From assembly GCA_944322095.1 (NCBI GenBank), contig CALUNU010000013.1, positions 466 through 64,465 on the forward strand: a stretch of 64,000 bases of DNA, written 5' to 3'. The notes beneath the pieces are model-generated. The model saw only the letters and a program-made list of their open reading frames with translations, made no database searches and was not told the DNA's origin. Below are positions 19,599 to 29,367 of this stretch, one piece after another; position 1 is the first letter of the stretch, and each line of letters opens with the position of its first letter. A program made the translations under genes and the position numbers. The stretch comes from an uncultured Alloprevotella sp. (GTDB taxonomy: Bacteria > Bacteroidota > Bacteroidia > Bacteroidales > Bacteroidaceae).

Positions 19599-20561
19599 TC
19601 AGAGGCTTTCGAGCATCCGTTTCAGCACAACGGTGGCCGATATTTCGCGGTTGGCCGCTTCGGGGATGACGAGCGAGCGCGGGCTCTCGATGACATCGTC
19701 CGTTACAATCATGCCGCGGCGCACGGGCAAGCAGTGCATGAAGGCGGCGTCGTTCGTCACGGCCATGTGGGCGGCGTCTATGGTCCAGCTGCGGTCGGTC
19801 GAAAGGATTTTTCCGTAGTCGTCGGGGCAGGTGACGCCCGGGCAGCTCCAATTCTTGGCATATACGAAGTCGGCCCCTTCGAGCGCCTTCATCTGGTCGT
19901 ATTCCACGCGGGCGTCGCCCACGAAGAGCGGGTCGAGCTCGTAGCCGTGCGGGTGGGTCACAACGAGCTCCACGTCGGCTGCGCGCATCCATTCGGCGAA
20001 GCTGTCGGGCACGGCCTGCGGCAGGGCGCGCGGGTGGGGCGCCCACGTGAGCACCACCTTGGGACGGGCCGTGCGCTTGTGCTCTTCGATGGTGATGAGG
20101 TCGGCAAAGGCCTGCAACGGATGGGCCGTTGCGCTCTCCATGGAAAAGACCGGGCGGCCGCTGTGCTCTATGAACTGCCGCAGGATGCGCTCCTCATAGT
20201 CGGCGCGGCGGTCGCTGAGGCCGGCAAACGTGCGCACGCCGATGAGGTCGCAGTAGGCCCCCATCACGGGCACGGCTTCCAGCAGGTGCTCGCTCTTGTC
20301 GCCGTCCATGATGACGCCGCGCTCCGTTTCCAGCTTCCAGGCGCCTTGGTTCACGTCGAGCACGACGACGTCGAGCCCCAGGTTGCGGGCCGCCTTTTGC
20401 GTGCTCAGGCGCGTGCGCAGGCTGTTGTTGAAGAAAATGAGCAACACCGTGCGGTGGCGCCCCAGATGCTCGTACTTATAGCGCTCACGTTTGATTTCGG
20501 CAGCTTCGGCCAGCGCCCGGTTCAGGTCGCCCAAGTCGTTGGCATAGAGAAAAGTCTTCAT
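19599..20561 (-). CDS. argF': N-succinyl/N-acetylornithine carbamoyltransferase (ArgF')
   Basis: SLRT carbamoyl-phosphate motif, AWKLETERGVIMDGDK, HPLQ, WAPHPRALPQAV, HCLPVRR. Closely resembles the B. fragilis enzyme as recalled. Confidence 0.9.
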   Translation of the reverse strand: MKTFLYANDLGDLNRALAEAAEIKRERYKYEHLGRHRTVLLIFFNNSLRTRLSTQKAARNLGLDVVVLDVNQGAWKLETERGVIMDGDKSEHLLEAVPVMGAYCDLIGVRTFAGLSDRRADYEERILRQFIEHSGRPVFSMESATAHPLQAFADLITIEEHKRTARPKVVLTWAPHPRALPQAVPDSFAEWMRAADVELVVTHPHGYELDPLFVGDARVEYDQMKALEGADFVYAKNWSCPGVTCPDDYGKILSTDRSWTIDAAHMAVTNDAAFMHCLPVRRGMIVTDDVIESPRSLVIPEAANREISATVVLKRMLESL

Positions 20562-20730
20562 CGTTGTCGTTGTTGGTTAGCGCCTCAAAAGTACCCATTA
20601 TTTCCGTAAGCTTTTGCCGTATATACCAAAATAATGTGGCTTTTGGTGAAAATAAACTGCCATCTTTGGCCTCTCCCTTGGAAAACCGTATATTTGCCTC
20701 GGGAATATAAACAGATTAACATACGAGAAG

Positions 20731-21303
20731 ATGAAGAAAACTTGCTTACTCTTTGCCTCGGCTCTCCTCTTCGTGAGCGCCGGTTGCGCCAAACAATCGC
20801 CCGCTGCGGCAGCCGATGCGCCCGTGGCCCCTCAAAGTGAAGTGGCGGCCCCCGCACCGACCGATGGCCCCTCGCGCGTGAAAACCATTGCCGCCTCGGT
20901 GGCCGGAGCCGACATTCTGCCCGCCATCACCTCCGACTATAAGGGAAAGGTGGTGCTCATCGATTTCTGGGCCACGTGGTGCGGCCCCTGTCGCCAGGCC
21001 ATGAAGACCATCGACGTCATTAAGCCCGAGTTGGAGAAGGCCGGCTGCGCGTTTGTGTACGTCACGGGCGAAACGTCGCCCGAGGCCACGTGGAAGCAGA
21101 TGATACCCGGCATCGCCGGCGACCATTACCGCCTCACGAAGCAGCAGTGGAACGACCTGTGCACGCAGCTCGGCATCCCCGGCATCCCTTGCTATCTCCT
21201 TTTGAACAAGGACGGAAGCGTGGCATACAGCAACCTGACGCAGGGAGGCTATCCCGGCAACGACGTCATCAAGAGCGAGGTAGAAGCCGCTCTGGCGAAA
21301 TAA
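20731..21303 (+). CDS. TlpA/ResA-like thioredoxin lipoprotein
   Basis: Lipobox-like VSAGC, DFWATWCGPC active site, GIPCYLL cis-Pro segment. Confidence 0.88.
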   Translation: MKKTCLLFASALLFVSAGCAKQSPAAAADAPVAPQSEVAAPAPTDGPSRVKTIAASVAGADILPAITSDYKGKVVLIDFWATWCGPCRQAMKTIDVIKPELEKAGCAFVYVTGETSPEATWKQMIPGIAGDHYRLTKQQWNDLCTQLGIPGIPCYLLLNKDGSVAYSNLTQGGYPGNDVIKSEVEAALAK

Positions 21304-21315
21304 CACTTTTACGGG

Positions 21316-21352
21316 GGCAGCCCTCTTCCTGCGGGGAGGGGGCTGCCTTTTT
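21316..21352 (+). terminator. Intrinsic terminator after the thioredoxin gene
   Basis: GGCAGCCCTCTTCC-TGCG-GGGAGGGGGCTGCC-TTTTT. Confidence 0.8.
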
Positions 21353-21388
21353 CATACCCCCACACGAACGATAAACAACGACAACGAT

Positions 21389-22495
21389 ATGAAGATAGGA
21401 GATAAAGTGCGTTTCCTCAACGAGGTGGGCGGCGGCGTGGTCAGCGGTTTCCAGGACAAGGACACCGTGCTCGTGCGCGATGAGGACGGCTTCGACGTGC
21501 CCGTTCTGGCCCGCGAGTGTGTGGTCGTCGAGACCGACAACTACAACCTGGCGCACCCCTCGGCGGCCGGCAGCCGGCAGGCCGACAACCGTTTCCGCAC
21601 GCAGCAGCCCGACACGTACGTCCGCTCGTTCGACGACGACGAGGACCGCAAGCCCGTCACCTTCAAGCCCAAGCCCTTGGAGCGCCGCGGGGCCGATGTG
21701 CTCAACCTCTTCCTGGCCTTCGTGCCCGTCGACGCACGCGAGCTCACCAACACGGCCTTCGAGGCTTACCTTGTCAACGACAGCAACTATTTCGTCCGTT
21801 TCGCCCTCACGACGCAGACGGGCGCCGCCGTGCAGCTGCGCCACGAGGGGCTCGTCGAGCCCAACACGAAGCTCTTTCTCGAAGAGTTCCGCCGCGACGT
21901 CCTGCCCGAGTTGGAGCGCGTCGTGGTGCAGGCCTTTGCCTACAAGGAGGAACGCTCCTTCCGCCTGAAAAAGCCCGTCGACGTGGCCCTGCGCATTGAC
22001 GGGACGAAGTTCTACAAGCTCCACACCTTTGCCCCCACCGATTTCTTCGAAGAGCCCGCCCTGCTCGTCGACGTCGTGCGCGACGACCGCGCCGTGCCGA
22101 GCGTTTTCGTCGATGCTGCCGAGCTGCGCAAGGCCCTTGCGCCCGCTGCTAAGCCCGAGCGCCCGCTGCGCACCCCGGCCCGCACCGAAAAGAAAGGTAA
22201 GACCGGCAAGGACGCCCCGCTCGAAGTGGACCTGCACGCCTCGTCGCTGCTCGAAACGACGGCCGGCATGGAGGCCAAGGACATCCTCGACTATCAGCTG
22301 ACGACCTTTCGCAAAATCATGGCTTCTCACGCGCGTGAGCTGGGAAGAAAAATCGTTTTCATCCATGGAAAAGGCGACGGCGTGCTGCGTGCCGCCATCA
22401 TCAAGGAGCTGCGTGCGCGCTACAAGGGATGCTACTATCAGGATGCCTCTTTCCGCGAGTATGGCTTCGGCGCCACGATGGTCACCATCGGCTGA
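21389..22495 (+). CDS. DUF2027-type protein with C-terminal Smr domain
   Basis: MKIGDKVRFLNEVGGG N-terminus. Smr motifs EVDLHA and IVFIHGKGDGVLR...YGFGATMV. Confidence 0.85.
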   Translation: MKIGDKVRFLNEVGGGVVSGFQDKDTVLVRDEDGFDVPVLARECVVVETDNYNLAHPSAAGSRQADNRFRTQQPDTYVRSFDDDEDRKPVTFKPKPLERRGADVLNLFLAFVPVDARELTNTAFEAYLVNDSNYFVRFALTTQTGAAVQLRHEGLVEPNTKLFLEEFRRDVLPELERVVVQAFAYKEERSFRLKKPVDVALRIDGTKFYKLHTFAPTDFFEEPALLVDVVRDDRAVPSVFVDAAELRKALAPAAKPERPLRTPARTEKKGKTGKDAPLEVDLHASSLLETTAGMEAKDILDYQLTTFRKIMASHARELGRKIVFIHGKGDGVLRAAIIKELRARYKGCYYQDASFREYGFGATMVTIG

Positions 22496-22568
22496 GGCCT
22501 GACGCCCGTGGCAGCCGAAAAGCCGTCGCGGCCTTGGCCCTTTCGGTTTAATGGCGTACTTTTGCGGC

Positions 22569-23171
22569 ATGATGGAGGATAGACGCCCGCGCATGGCGGT
22601 CCTCACGCCCGACACGCTGGCGGGCCTGGGGCTGGCCGGCATCATCGAACGGATGGTGCCGGGGGTGGACGTCAGCCTCTTTGCTCACGTTGCCGACCTG
22701 CGTGCTGCGGAAACCGACGGCTTTGTTCATTTTTTTGTGGCGGCGCCGGTGCTCATGGAGGACGCGGCTTTCTTCCTTTCGCGGCGCACGCACACCATCG
22801 TGCTCGTCCATGGCGGCGAGGCAGCCTGCCTTCCGGCCGATTTCCATACGCTCGACGTGTGCCAGAGCGAGGAAGCGCTTGTGCGCTCCGTCCTGCGGCT
22901 GGCCGAGAGCGCTCACAGCCGCCACCCGCAGGCCCCCGGCCACGTTTGTGCCGACCGTGCGCGCACGCCGCTCACGCCGCGCGAAACCGAGGTGCTGAGG
23001 CTCGTGGCCGCGGGCCGGACGAACAAGGAGATTGCCGCCTGCCTGGGCGTGGGGCTCACCACCGTCATTTCGCATCGCAAGAACCTGACGGAAAAGCTGG
23101 CCATCAAGAGCGTTTCGGGCCTGACGATATACGCCGTGATGCACGGCATCATAAAAGCGGAAGAAATCTGA
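22569..23171 (+). CDS. LuxR-family HTH transcriptional regulator
   Basis: LTPRETEVLRLVAAGRTNKEIA...TVISHRKNLTEKL. Start uncertain (22569, 22572 or 22593); TACTTTTG box at 22557-22564. Confidence 0.85.
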   Translation: MMEDRRPRMAVLTPDTLAGLGLAGIIERMVPGVDVSLFAHVADLRAAETDGFVHFFVAAPVLMEDAAFFLSRRTHTIVLVHGGEAACLPADFHTLDVCQSEEALVRSVLRLAESAHSRHPQAPGHVCADRARTPLTPRETEVLRLVAAGRTNKEIAACLGVGLTTVISHRKNLTEKLAIKSVSGLTIYAVMHGIIKAEEI

Positions 23172-23214
23172 ACAGGTTTCTTCCGCTTCTTTTTTTAGGA
23201 GCCCGGCCGGAGCT

Positions 23215-24294
23215 TTACAGCTCGTCGGGCAGAATGAGCACTTTCACGTAGTCTTTCAGATGAAACACGCCGCGTCCGTATCCGCTCTGCGAGTCGGCTA
23301 TGAGCAGCAGCGTCTGCCGCCCGTCGGCCAGCTGCCGGCCCAGGCATATCCCCTCGTAATTGGCAAAGCTGCGGTTGAAAGGCGTAAATTTGGTGGCGAA
23401 AACGGCGATGAGCTGCTTCACTAAGAACTTGTTGCCGTCGAGGCCGGCCAGGTGGGTGCCGCTGTCGATTTGCCAGCCCTCGGCCGGGTTCACCAGAAAG
23501 AGCTTGACGGTGGCTGTGGAGCTGAGGTAGCCGTTGGAAACGTCGGCTTCGCGCTCCATGACGACGAGACGCCCGTCGGGCAGGGCCGTCATGCCCGACA
23601 CGCCGAGGGTGTAGACCAGGCCGAAGTCGTCTCGCTTGCCGCGGTCCATGCGGTAGGCATACTGGGCCACGGGCTGCAGTTTTTCGTCGAAGGCTTGCAG
23701 GCGCAGCAGGTTCTGTGCGCCGGGCTGACCGGAACCTGCGGCAGGGCCGTCGGCCGGCAGGGTGCTTTCGGTCGTGGTCCAGAAGCGGCGGGTGGCGGGG
23801 CAGTAGGTCAGGGCCTCAAATCCGTAGTTGGGCACGATGTTTGGCAGGGCGAAGATGGCCGGTACGGCCATGCCGCGCCCCGTTGGGCGTCCGTCGGCCG
23901 CATATTCGAGGATCTGCTGGTCGCCTTCGCCGCTGATAAAGACGGTGCCCGACGACGGCACGTAGGCCACGCCCTCGCAGTCGCGCACGCTCTGCCCCTG
24001 TTCGTTGCGGCGGGGCGAGGGGTTGCCGTGGAAGCCTTCGAGACGGACGTCGCACACCTCGCCCGTGAGCGAGTCCTGCTCTATGCGCATCACGAAAAAG
24101 CCGTCGGTGGGCCCCTTGTCGCTCACGACGGCATAGCGCGAGCCGCCCATGGGGGCTATGCCGCTGTAATCGGCCGTGCCGATGTTCCAGCGGCTCAGGT
24201 CCTGCTGTTTCAGTTCGACGGCCTGCTGGGCCGCCGCGGGCATGCTTGCTGCCGAAAGCAGGGCAGCAAGCGCAAAGGAGCATGTTTTTTTCAT
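23215..24294 (-). CDS. Secreted esterase-like-activity-of-phytase family beta-propeller protein
   Basis: Signal peptide, DYSGI, VVSDKG, DCEGVA, NYGFEALT, NYEGICLG repeats. Confidence 0.75.
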   Translation of the reverse strand: MKKTCSFALAALLSAASMPAAAQQAVELKQQDLSRWNIGTADYSGIAPMGGSRYAVVSDKGPTDGFFVMRIEQDSLTGEVCDVRLEGFHGNPSPRRNEQGQSVRDCEGVAYVPSSGTVFISGEGDQQILEYAADGRPTGRGMAVPAIFALPNIVPNYGFEALTYCPATRRFWTTTESTLPADGPAAGSGQPGAQNLLRLQAFDEKLQPVAQYAYRMDRGKRDDFGLVYTLGVSGMTALPDGRLVVMEREADVSNGYLSSTATVKLFLVNPAEGWQIDSGTHLAGLDGNKFLVKQLIAVFATKFTPFNRSFANYEGICLGRQLADGRQTLLLIADSQSGYGRGVFHLKDYVKVLILPDEL

Positions 24295-24310
24295 TTCGGT
24301 CGGTTTAAGT

Positions 24311-25354
24311 TCATTCGTCGAGCATCATGCGCACCATGACGGGGTAGGCGCCGAGCAGCATGGCCGCCAGCCCGCCGGGGGTGACGATGTTGTCGGGGCG
24401 CTCGTCGGTGAGCGCTATGCGGCCGTCGGCCACGCGGTAATAGCCGTTGTTTTCGGGGATGTCGAAGTCGTGGTCCACGCCGATGTGGAGCTGAAAACCG
24501 GGATAGGCCCGCACGACGCATTCGAGAAAGCGCATCACGTTCGTCACGCGCGCCATGGCATAGGGCTTGGCTCCCTTTGTGCTGCCGGGACACCACAGTT
24601 GCCCCGTGAGACGGGCCGAGAGGCTGCCCCCTTGTGCGGCCCGCAGCAGGGCGTTGCGCGCAGCGTCACCATCGGCCAGCATGTCGCGCACGATGAGCCG
24701 GCCGTTGCTTTCGGCTGCCACAAGGGCTATGCCACACACGTGGCCGCCGCGGCGGGCCACTAGCACGCGGCCGCCCGTGGCGTCGCACAGGCGAAGTGCG
24801 GCAAAGAAGTCGCCCTCGGCGGGGTGGAGCATAAAGGGAATGTCGCGCGTGTTCTTTTGGAAAAACACGAAGAGTTCGCGGCCCCACTCGTCGGGTTCGG
24901 TCACGCGGATGCCGTCGTCGCTTTCCTCGCCGGCGTCAAGCTCCACTTCGTGGCGGAACGTGGCGATCCAGTAGGCGCCGTGGCGCTCTTCTTCGAAAAA
25001 ATGGCGCTGTTCCTCGTCGGCAGGCAGGAGAAAGCTGACGGCTCCGCCCTGCTTGTAGAGGCGGCGGTGGGCTTCGCGCAGCAGGCGGGCTGCCAGGCCC
25101 TGGCGGCGGTGGGACGGAGCGGTGCAAAGCCCCGTGACGAAGCCGGCGTGGAGCACGGAGCCGAAGAACGTAAAGCGGTAGGGGAGCAACTGGCAGGCCG
25201 CCGTGAGCCGGGCGTTGAAGCGCTGCGTCAGGTTGCAGGCGGGCGTGTACTTCTCCTCAAAAAATATGTCGAGGAAATCGTCGGTTTCCCCGAGGCAGAC
25301 TTTCCGCAGCTGGCGTGTCTGCTGTTTTATTTCTTCGTCGTTCAGTATAGACAT
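24311..25354 (-). CDS. GNAT (Eis-like) acetyltransferase (347 aa)
   Basis: Acetyl-CoA motif LCTAPSHRRQGLAARLL and an Eis-like C-terminal region. Start placed at MSILNDEE. Confidence 0.8.
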   Translation of the reverse strand: MSILNDEEIKQQTRQLRKVCLGETDDFLDIFFEEKYTPACNLTQRFNARLTAACQLLPYRFTFFGSVLHAGFVTGLCTAPSHRRQGLAARLLREAHRRLYKQGGAVSFLLPADEEQRHFFEEERHGAYWIATFRHEVELDAGEESDDGIRVTEPDEWGRELFVFFQKNTRDIPFMLHPAEGDFFAALRLCDATGGRVLVARRGGHVCGIALVAAESNGRLIVRDMLADGDAARNALLRAAQGGSLSARLTGQLWCPGSTKGAKPYAMARVTNVMRFLECVVRAYPGFQLHIGVDHDFDIPENNGYYRVADGRIALTDERPDNIVTPGGLAAMLLGAYPVMVRMMLDE

Positions 25355-25410
25355 GGTTCTGATGCGATTTTCAGGCCGTCTCCTCTCTGCCGGTGGGGCT
25401 GCGGCGGAGC

Positions 25411-26070
25411 TCAGCTGCCGCTGCCGGGACGGTGGGTGACGGGGAAGGCAAATTTCCACGCACGTTCTCCGTCGTCGGTGGGCACCGTCAGCGTTATGCT
25501 GTCGCGCCCGGCAGTGAGGTCGGCGGCATAGGGGTATAGGGGGCAGGCCACGTAGGTTGTGCGCGTGTAATAAAGCGGGTCGATGCCTTGATCGTGCAGG
25601 AGCGTTAGGTGCAGCATGCGGCTCTCGCCGGCACCGGTGGTGATGCCGCGGTCGTCGAAGCCGAAGGTGTGTGGCAGTCCGCCTGTTTTCAGGGCAAGGC
25701 GCAGGTTGATGTAGCCTCCGCCGCTCCATACGGCTTCCACGTCGACGGGGTCGGCCATCGACGCGCCGTGCAGGTAGGCAGCCGGCAGTGGGGCGAGCAC
25801 CTGCGCCAGCGAGGTGAGGTGGGCGTTGCCGCCTTCCTCGGTGTAGAGCGCCATGACGCGGTAGGACGTATCGGCCGGGAGGCCTCCCACGCGGTTGGCC
25901 ACGGTCAGGCGGGTTCCGTCGTCGCGCAGGAGCTGCGAGGCGAAGCCGTCGGCGTCGGTGTACACGTCTAAGATGTCCTCGCGGTAGGGTGCCAGCGGTG
26001 TCTCCTCGTCGCCGCACGACGGCAGGAGCGTCAGGGCCGACAGCATGAGGGCAAGAGCGGCGCGCTTCAT
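25411..26070 (-). CDS. NigD-like lipoprotein
   Basis: Lipobox LPSC, DPVDVEAVWSGGGYINL, LHLTLLHDQ. Confidence 0.65.
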   Translation of the reverse strand: MKRAALALMLSALTLLPSCGDEETPLAPYREDILDVYTDADGFASQLLRDDGTRLTVANRVGGLPADTSYRVMALYTEEGGNAHLTSLAQVLAPLPAAYLHGASMADPVDVEAVWSGGGYINLRLALKTGGLPHTFGFDDRGITTGAGESRMLHLTLLHDQGIDPLYYTRTTYVACPLYPYAADLTAGRDSITLTVPTDDGERAWKFAFPVTHRPGSGS

Positions 26071-27218
26071 TGGCGGGCAGCCTGCTGGTTCAGCAAAGGG
26101 TTGGCATACATCGTCAGAATGCGCTCGCGCAGGAAGGCGTCGTCACGCTCGGGCAGGTCCACCAGCGCCACACGCGAGGCAACGTATTCCTCAAACGCTT
26201 GCCGCTCGGCGTCGGTGTAGTGGTCGGCAAAGCGCCGCCCGCCGTTGAGCAGGTCGGCCGCCACGTAGTTGCCGGCGTAGAGGCGGTAGCCGCGGTGTAT
26301 CTCCTTGTCCATGCGAGCCGCCGTTTCGCGGAAGAGTTCGGCCTTGGGCAGTTCCGCCAGTTCGGGCAGCCAGGTGTTGATGGGCTGCGCCATTTCGTAA
26401 TGAACGTGCCCCTTCTTGCCAAATATCCCCACACGCATGTTTTCCAAGTCGTCGGCGCGCGATTTGACGTAGCCGGGGTTGTCGCGTTTCAGCTGAAATT
26501 CCTTTGCTTTCAGATAATCGCACGGGTCATACTCGTACGAGATGCTCAGCGGGACAATGTTCAGCTGCATCAGCCGTTCAACGGGCGTTCCGGCCCCTCC
26601 CATGGCCATCATTTTGAGCACGCTCTCCTGCGTCCGGTCGTCAGAATCCTTGGCCCGCCCCTCGCGTTGCGCAATCCAGATGTTCTCGTGCTTTTCGGCG
26701 ATGGCAAAGTGCATATACTGGCTCATGAGGCGCGAACTCTCCAATTTCTCGCGCATGGAAACGGAGCGGCGCACGATAAACGACTTGTTGACGCGCACGA
26801 GCTTCTCAATCCAGGGATATATCAAGAGATTATCGCCGATGGCAATCTCAACTGTGTTGCCGAAGCCGTTTTTTAAGAGCAGTATGGAGAGGAGAGCCGA
26901 GTCGAGCACGATGTCCCGGTGGTTTGAGACGTAGGTATGACGGGCTTTCTTGTCGGTCTTTTCGGGGTAGCCCAGCGTCAGCGATGCGGCACACGTATTC
27001 ATGAGCTGCATCACGAGGGGATAGAACAGTTTCTCCTGCACTTCCAGATTGTTCTTGCAGGCTTTTGCCTGTTGGCGGAGCGATTCGGTCGGGACGTCCT
27101 TGTACCAGAGGTGTACAACGTCGAGAAACTGAGGGTCGTCGAAAAGTTCGTCAATTACGCCGGGCAGCTCTTCGGGCGTATAGGGGCGTATGCCGTCGAA
27201 CATTGCGGGAATGTTCAT
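26067..27218 (-). CDS. Glycerolipid acyltransferase (PlsC superfamily)
   Basis: SNHRDIVLD (HX4D), FIVRR, IWIAQREGRAKD. Confidence 0.85.
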   Translation of the reverse strand: MNIPAMFDGIRPYTPEELPGVIDELFDDPQFLDVVHLWYKDVPTESLRQQAKACKNNLEVQEKLFYPLVMQLMNTCAASLTLGYPEKTDKKARHTYVSNHRDIVLDSALLSILLLKNGFGNTVEIAIGDNLLIYPWIEKLVRVNKSFIVRRSVSMREKLESSRLMSQYMHFAIAEKHENIWIAQREGRAKDSDDRTQESVLKMMAMGGAGTPVERLMQLNIVPLSISYEYDPCDYLKAKEFQLKRDNPGYVKSRADDLENMRVGIFGKKGHVHYEMAQPINTWLPELAELPKAELFRETAARMDKEIHRGYRLYAGNYVAADLLNGGRRFADHYTDAERQAFEEYVASRVALVDLPERDDAFLRERILTMYANPLLNQQAARQ

Positions 27219-27230
27219 TTTCCTTTTCTT

Positions 27231-28217
27231 TTAAAATTTACCTTCGATGATGTCCGTCAGCACGTCGGCCATGTTGAGGCCGGCCGCCCGCACCTGCTGC
27301 GGGATAAAGCTCGTGGCCGTCATGCCGGGCGTCGTGTTAATTTCCAGCAGATTGATCTGCTCGTCGCCGGCCGTCCCGCTGAGGATGTAGTCTACGCGGA
27401 TAATGCCGTAGCATCCCAGGATGCGGTAGATGTCGCGCGTCATGTCGCTCACGCGGGCCGCCGTGGCGGGCGCTATGCGCGCGGGAGTGATTTCGCTGAC
27501 CTTTCCGTTGTATTTTGCGTCGTAGTCGAAAAATTCTTCCGTCGTCACCACTTCGGTGATGGGCAGCACCACAATTTCGTCTCCCCGCTTGAAGCAGCCG
27601 CATGTGATCTCCGTGCCCTGCATCATCTTCTCAATCATCACCTCCGGGCTCTCGGCCATGGCTTTTCCGATGGCAGGGCGCAGATCGGCTTGGGTTTTCA
27701 CTTTTGTCACGCCGAAACTGCTGCCTCCGGCGTTGGGCTTCACGAAGCACGGCAGCCCGAGGCGCTCCACGACGGCCTTATCGTCGGGCAGCGGCTCGCC
27801 CTTGCGCACGAGCAGCGAGTCCGACAGGTGTAGCTGCGGATAAGCGCGCAGGAAGTTGTTGAGCGCGAATTTATTGAACGTTAAGGCCTCGACGAGCACG
27901 TCGCTTGTGGAGTAGGGCAGGCCGATGAGGTCGAAATAGCCTTGCAGGATGCCGTTTTCACCGGGCGTCCCGTGTATGGTGATGTAGGCAAAATCGAACG
28001 TCTGCCGGCCGGCAGACGTTTCAAAAGAAAAATCGCTTTTATCCACGGCACATTTTTCCGTACCATAGAAGACGGTCCATTCCTTGCCGCGTATTTCGAC
28101 GACATAGGGCGTATATCTCTCCGTGTCGAGGAAAGTCAGAATGTTTTCCGCGCTGTGCATGGATACGTCATGCTCGGAGGAGTCGCCTCCCGCCACGATG
28201 GCAATCGTTCTTTTCAT
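27231..28217 (-). CDS. ddl: D-alanine--D-alanine ligase
   Basis: GGDSSEHDVS, IHGTPGENG, FVKPNAGGSSFG, YDAKY, LEINTTPGMT. Confidence 0.96.
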   Translation of the reverse strand: MKRTIAIVAGGDSSEHDVSMHSAENILTFLDTERYTPYVVEIRGKEWTVFYGTEKCAVDKSDFSFETSAGRQTFDFAYITIHGTPGENGILQGYFDLIGLPYSTSDVLVEALTFNKFALNNFLRAYPQLHLSDSLLVRKGEPLPDDKAVVERLGLPCFVKPNAGGSSFGVTKVKTQADLRPAIGKAMAESPEVMIEKMMQGTEITCGCFKRGDEIVVLPITEVVTTEEFFDYDAKYNGKVSEITPARIAPATAARVSDMTRDIYRILGCYGIIRVDYILSGTAGDEQINLLEINTTPGMTATSFIPQQVRAAGLNMADVLTDIIEGKF

Positions 28218-28251
28218 TTCTGTTTCTATTTTTAATAGGTCGGATGTATGT

Positions 28252-29367
28252 TCATTGGTTTTTGAGTCCGCCGACGTAGGCTCTCCATTTTTCGAGCAGC
28301 GCTTCCATGTCGGTGGGCAGGGGGCTGGTAAAGTCCATCTCGCGTCCTGTCACGGGATGCTTGAAGCCGAGCGTACGGGCATGCAGAGCCTGGCGCGGGC
28401 AGAGGGAAAAACAATTGCGTATGAAGCTGTTGTACGTCCCCGACTGCGTACCGCGCAGCACCTGGTCGCCGCCATAGCGAGCGTCGTTGAAGAGCGGGTG
28501 GCCTATGTGGCGCATGTGTACGCGTATCTGGTGGGTGCGGCCTGTTTCGAGGACGCATTCCACGAGCGTGACGTAGCCGAAACGTTCCAAGACGCGGTAG
28601 TGCGTCACGGCAGGCTTGCCCGTATCGGAGCCGGGCGCGAACACGGCCATCTGCAACCGGTCGTGCGGGTTGCGGCCTATGTTGCCCTCGATGCGGCCTT
28701 CGTCGTCGGCCACGTTTCCCCACACCAGCGCCTGGTACCGTCGCCGTGTCGTTTTGTTGAAAAACTGTATGCCCAGTTTTGTTTTGGCCTCAGGCGTTTT
28801 TGCTATGACCAGCAGGCCCGATGTGTCCTTGTCGATGCGGTGAACCAGCCCAACGGCTGGGTCGTTCGGGTCGTAGGCCGGGTTTTCCCGCAGGTGCCAC
28901 GCCACAGCGTTCACCAGCGTGCCCGTATAATTGCCGCAACCCGGGTGTACCACGAGGCCGGCCGGTTTATTCACGACCATCAGCGCCTCATCCTCGTAGG
29001 TAATGTCGAGGGGGATGTCTTCCGGCTCTATGGTGCTCTCGTAGCGTGGCCGGTCCAGGAGGAGCGTCACGACGTCGGAGGGTTTTACGCGGTAGTTGCT
29101 CTTTACGGGGCGGTCGTTCACGTGGATAAATCCCGCCCGTGCGGCTTGCTGTATGCGGTTGCGCGACGTGTCGCGCAGGTGGTCCAGCAGAAATTTGTCT
29201 ATTCTGAGCAGCTGTTGCCCCTTGTCGGCCACGACGCGGTAGTGCTCGTAGAGCGATGCGCCCTCTTCTTCGTCTGCGTCTTCGCTATCCACGGTTGGCA
29301 GGGGCTCTCCGCTGCTGGCCTGTTTTTCCTCGTCGGTGAAAATATACTCGTTGCTGCCGGTTGTCAT
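28252..29367 (-). CDS. rluD: RluA/RluD-family 23S rRNA pseudouridine synthase
   Basis: S4 domain (RIDKFL..SRNRIQ), VNKPAGLVVHP, VHRIDKDTSG, TGRTHQIRVH. Confidence 0.93.
   Translation of the reverse strand: MTTGSNEYIFTDEEKQASSGEPLPTVDSEDADEEEGASLYEHYRVVADKGQQLLRIDKFLLDHLRDTSRNRIQQAARAGFIHVNDRPVKSNYRVKPSDVVTLLLDRPRYESTIEPEDIPLDITYEDEALMVVNKPAGLVVHPGCGNYTGTLVNAVAWHLRENPAYDPNDPAVGLVHRIDKDTSGLLVIAKTPEAKTKLGIQFFNKTTRRRYQALVWGNVADDEGRIEGNIGRNPHDRLQMAVFAPGSDTGKPAVTHYRVLERFGYVTLVECVLETGRTHQIRVHMRHIGHPLFNDARYGGDQVLRGTQSGTYNSFIRNCFSLCPRQALHARTLGFKHPVTGREMDFTSPLPTDMEALLEKWRAYVGGLKNQ

Noticed and set aside
21389-22495. Smr nuclease-domain protein as a defence gene
   Set aside because: It is a widespread Bacteroidota DUF2027-Smr protein in housekeeping context, more likely involved in ribosome rescue or repair.
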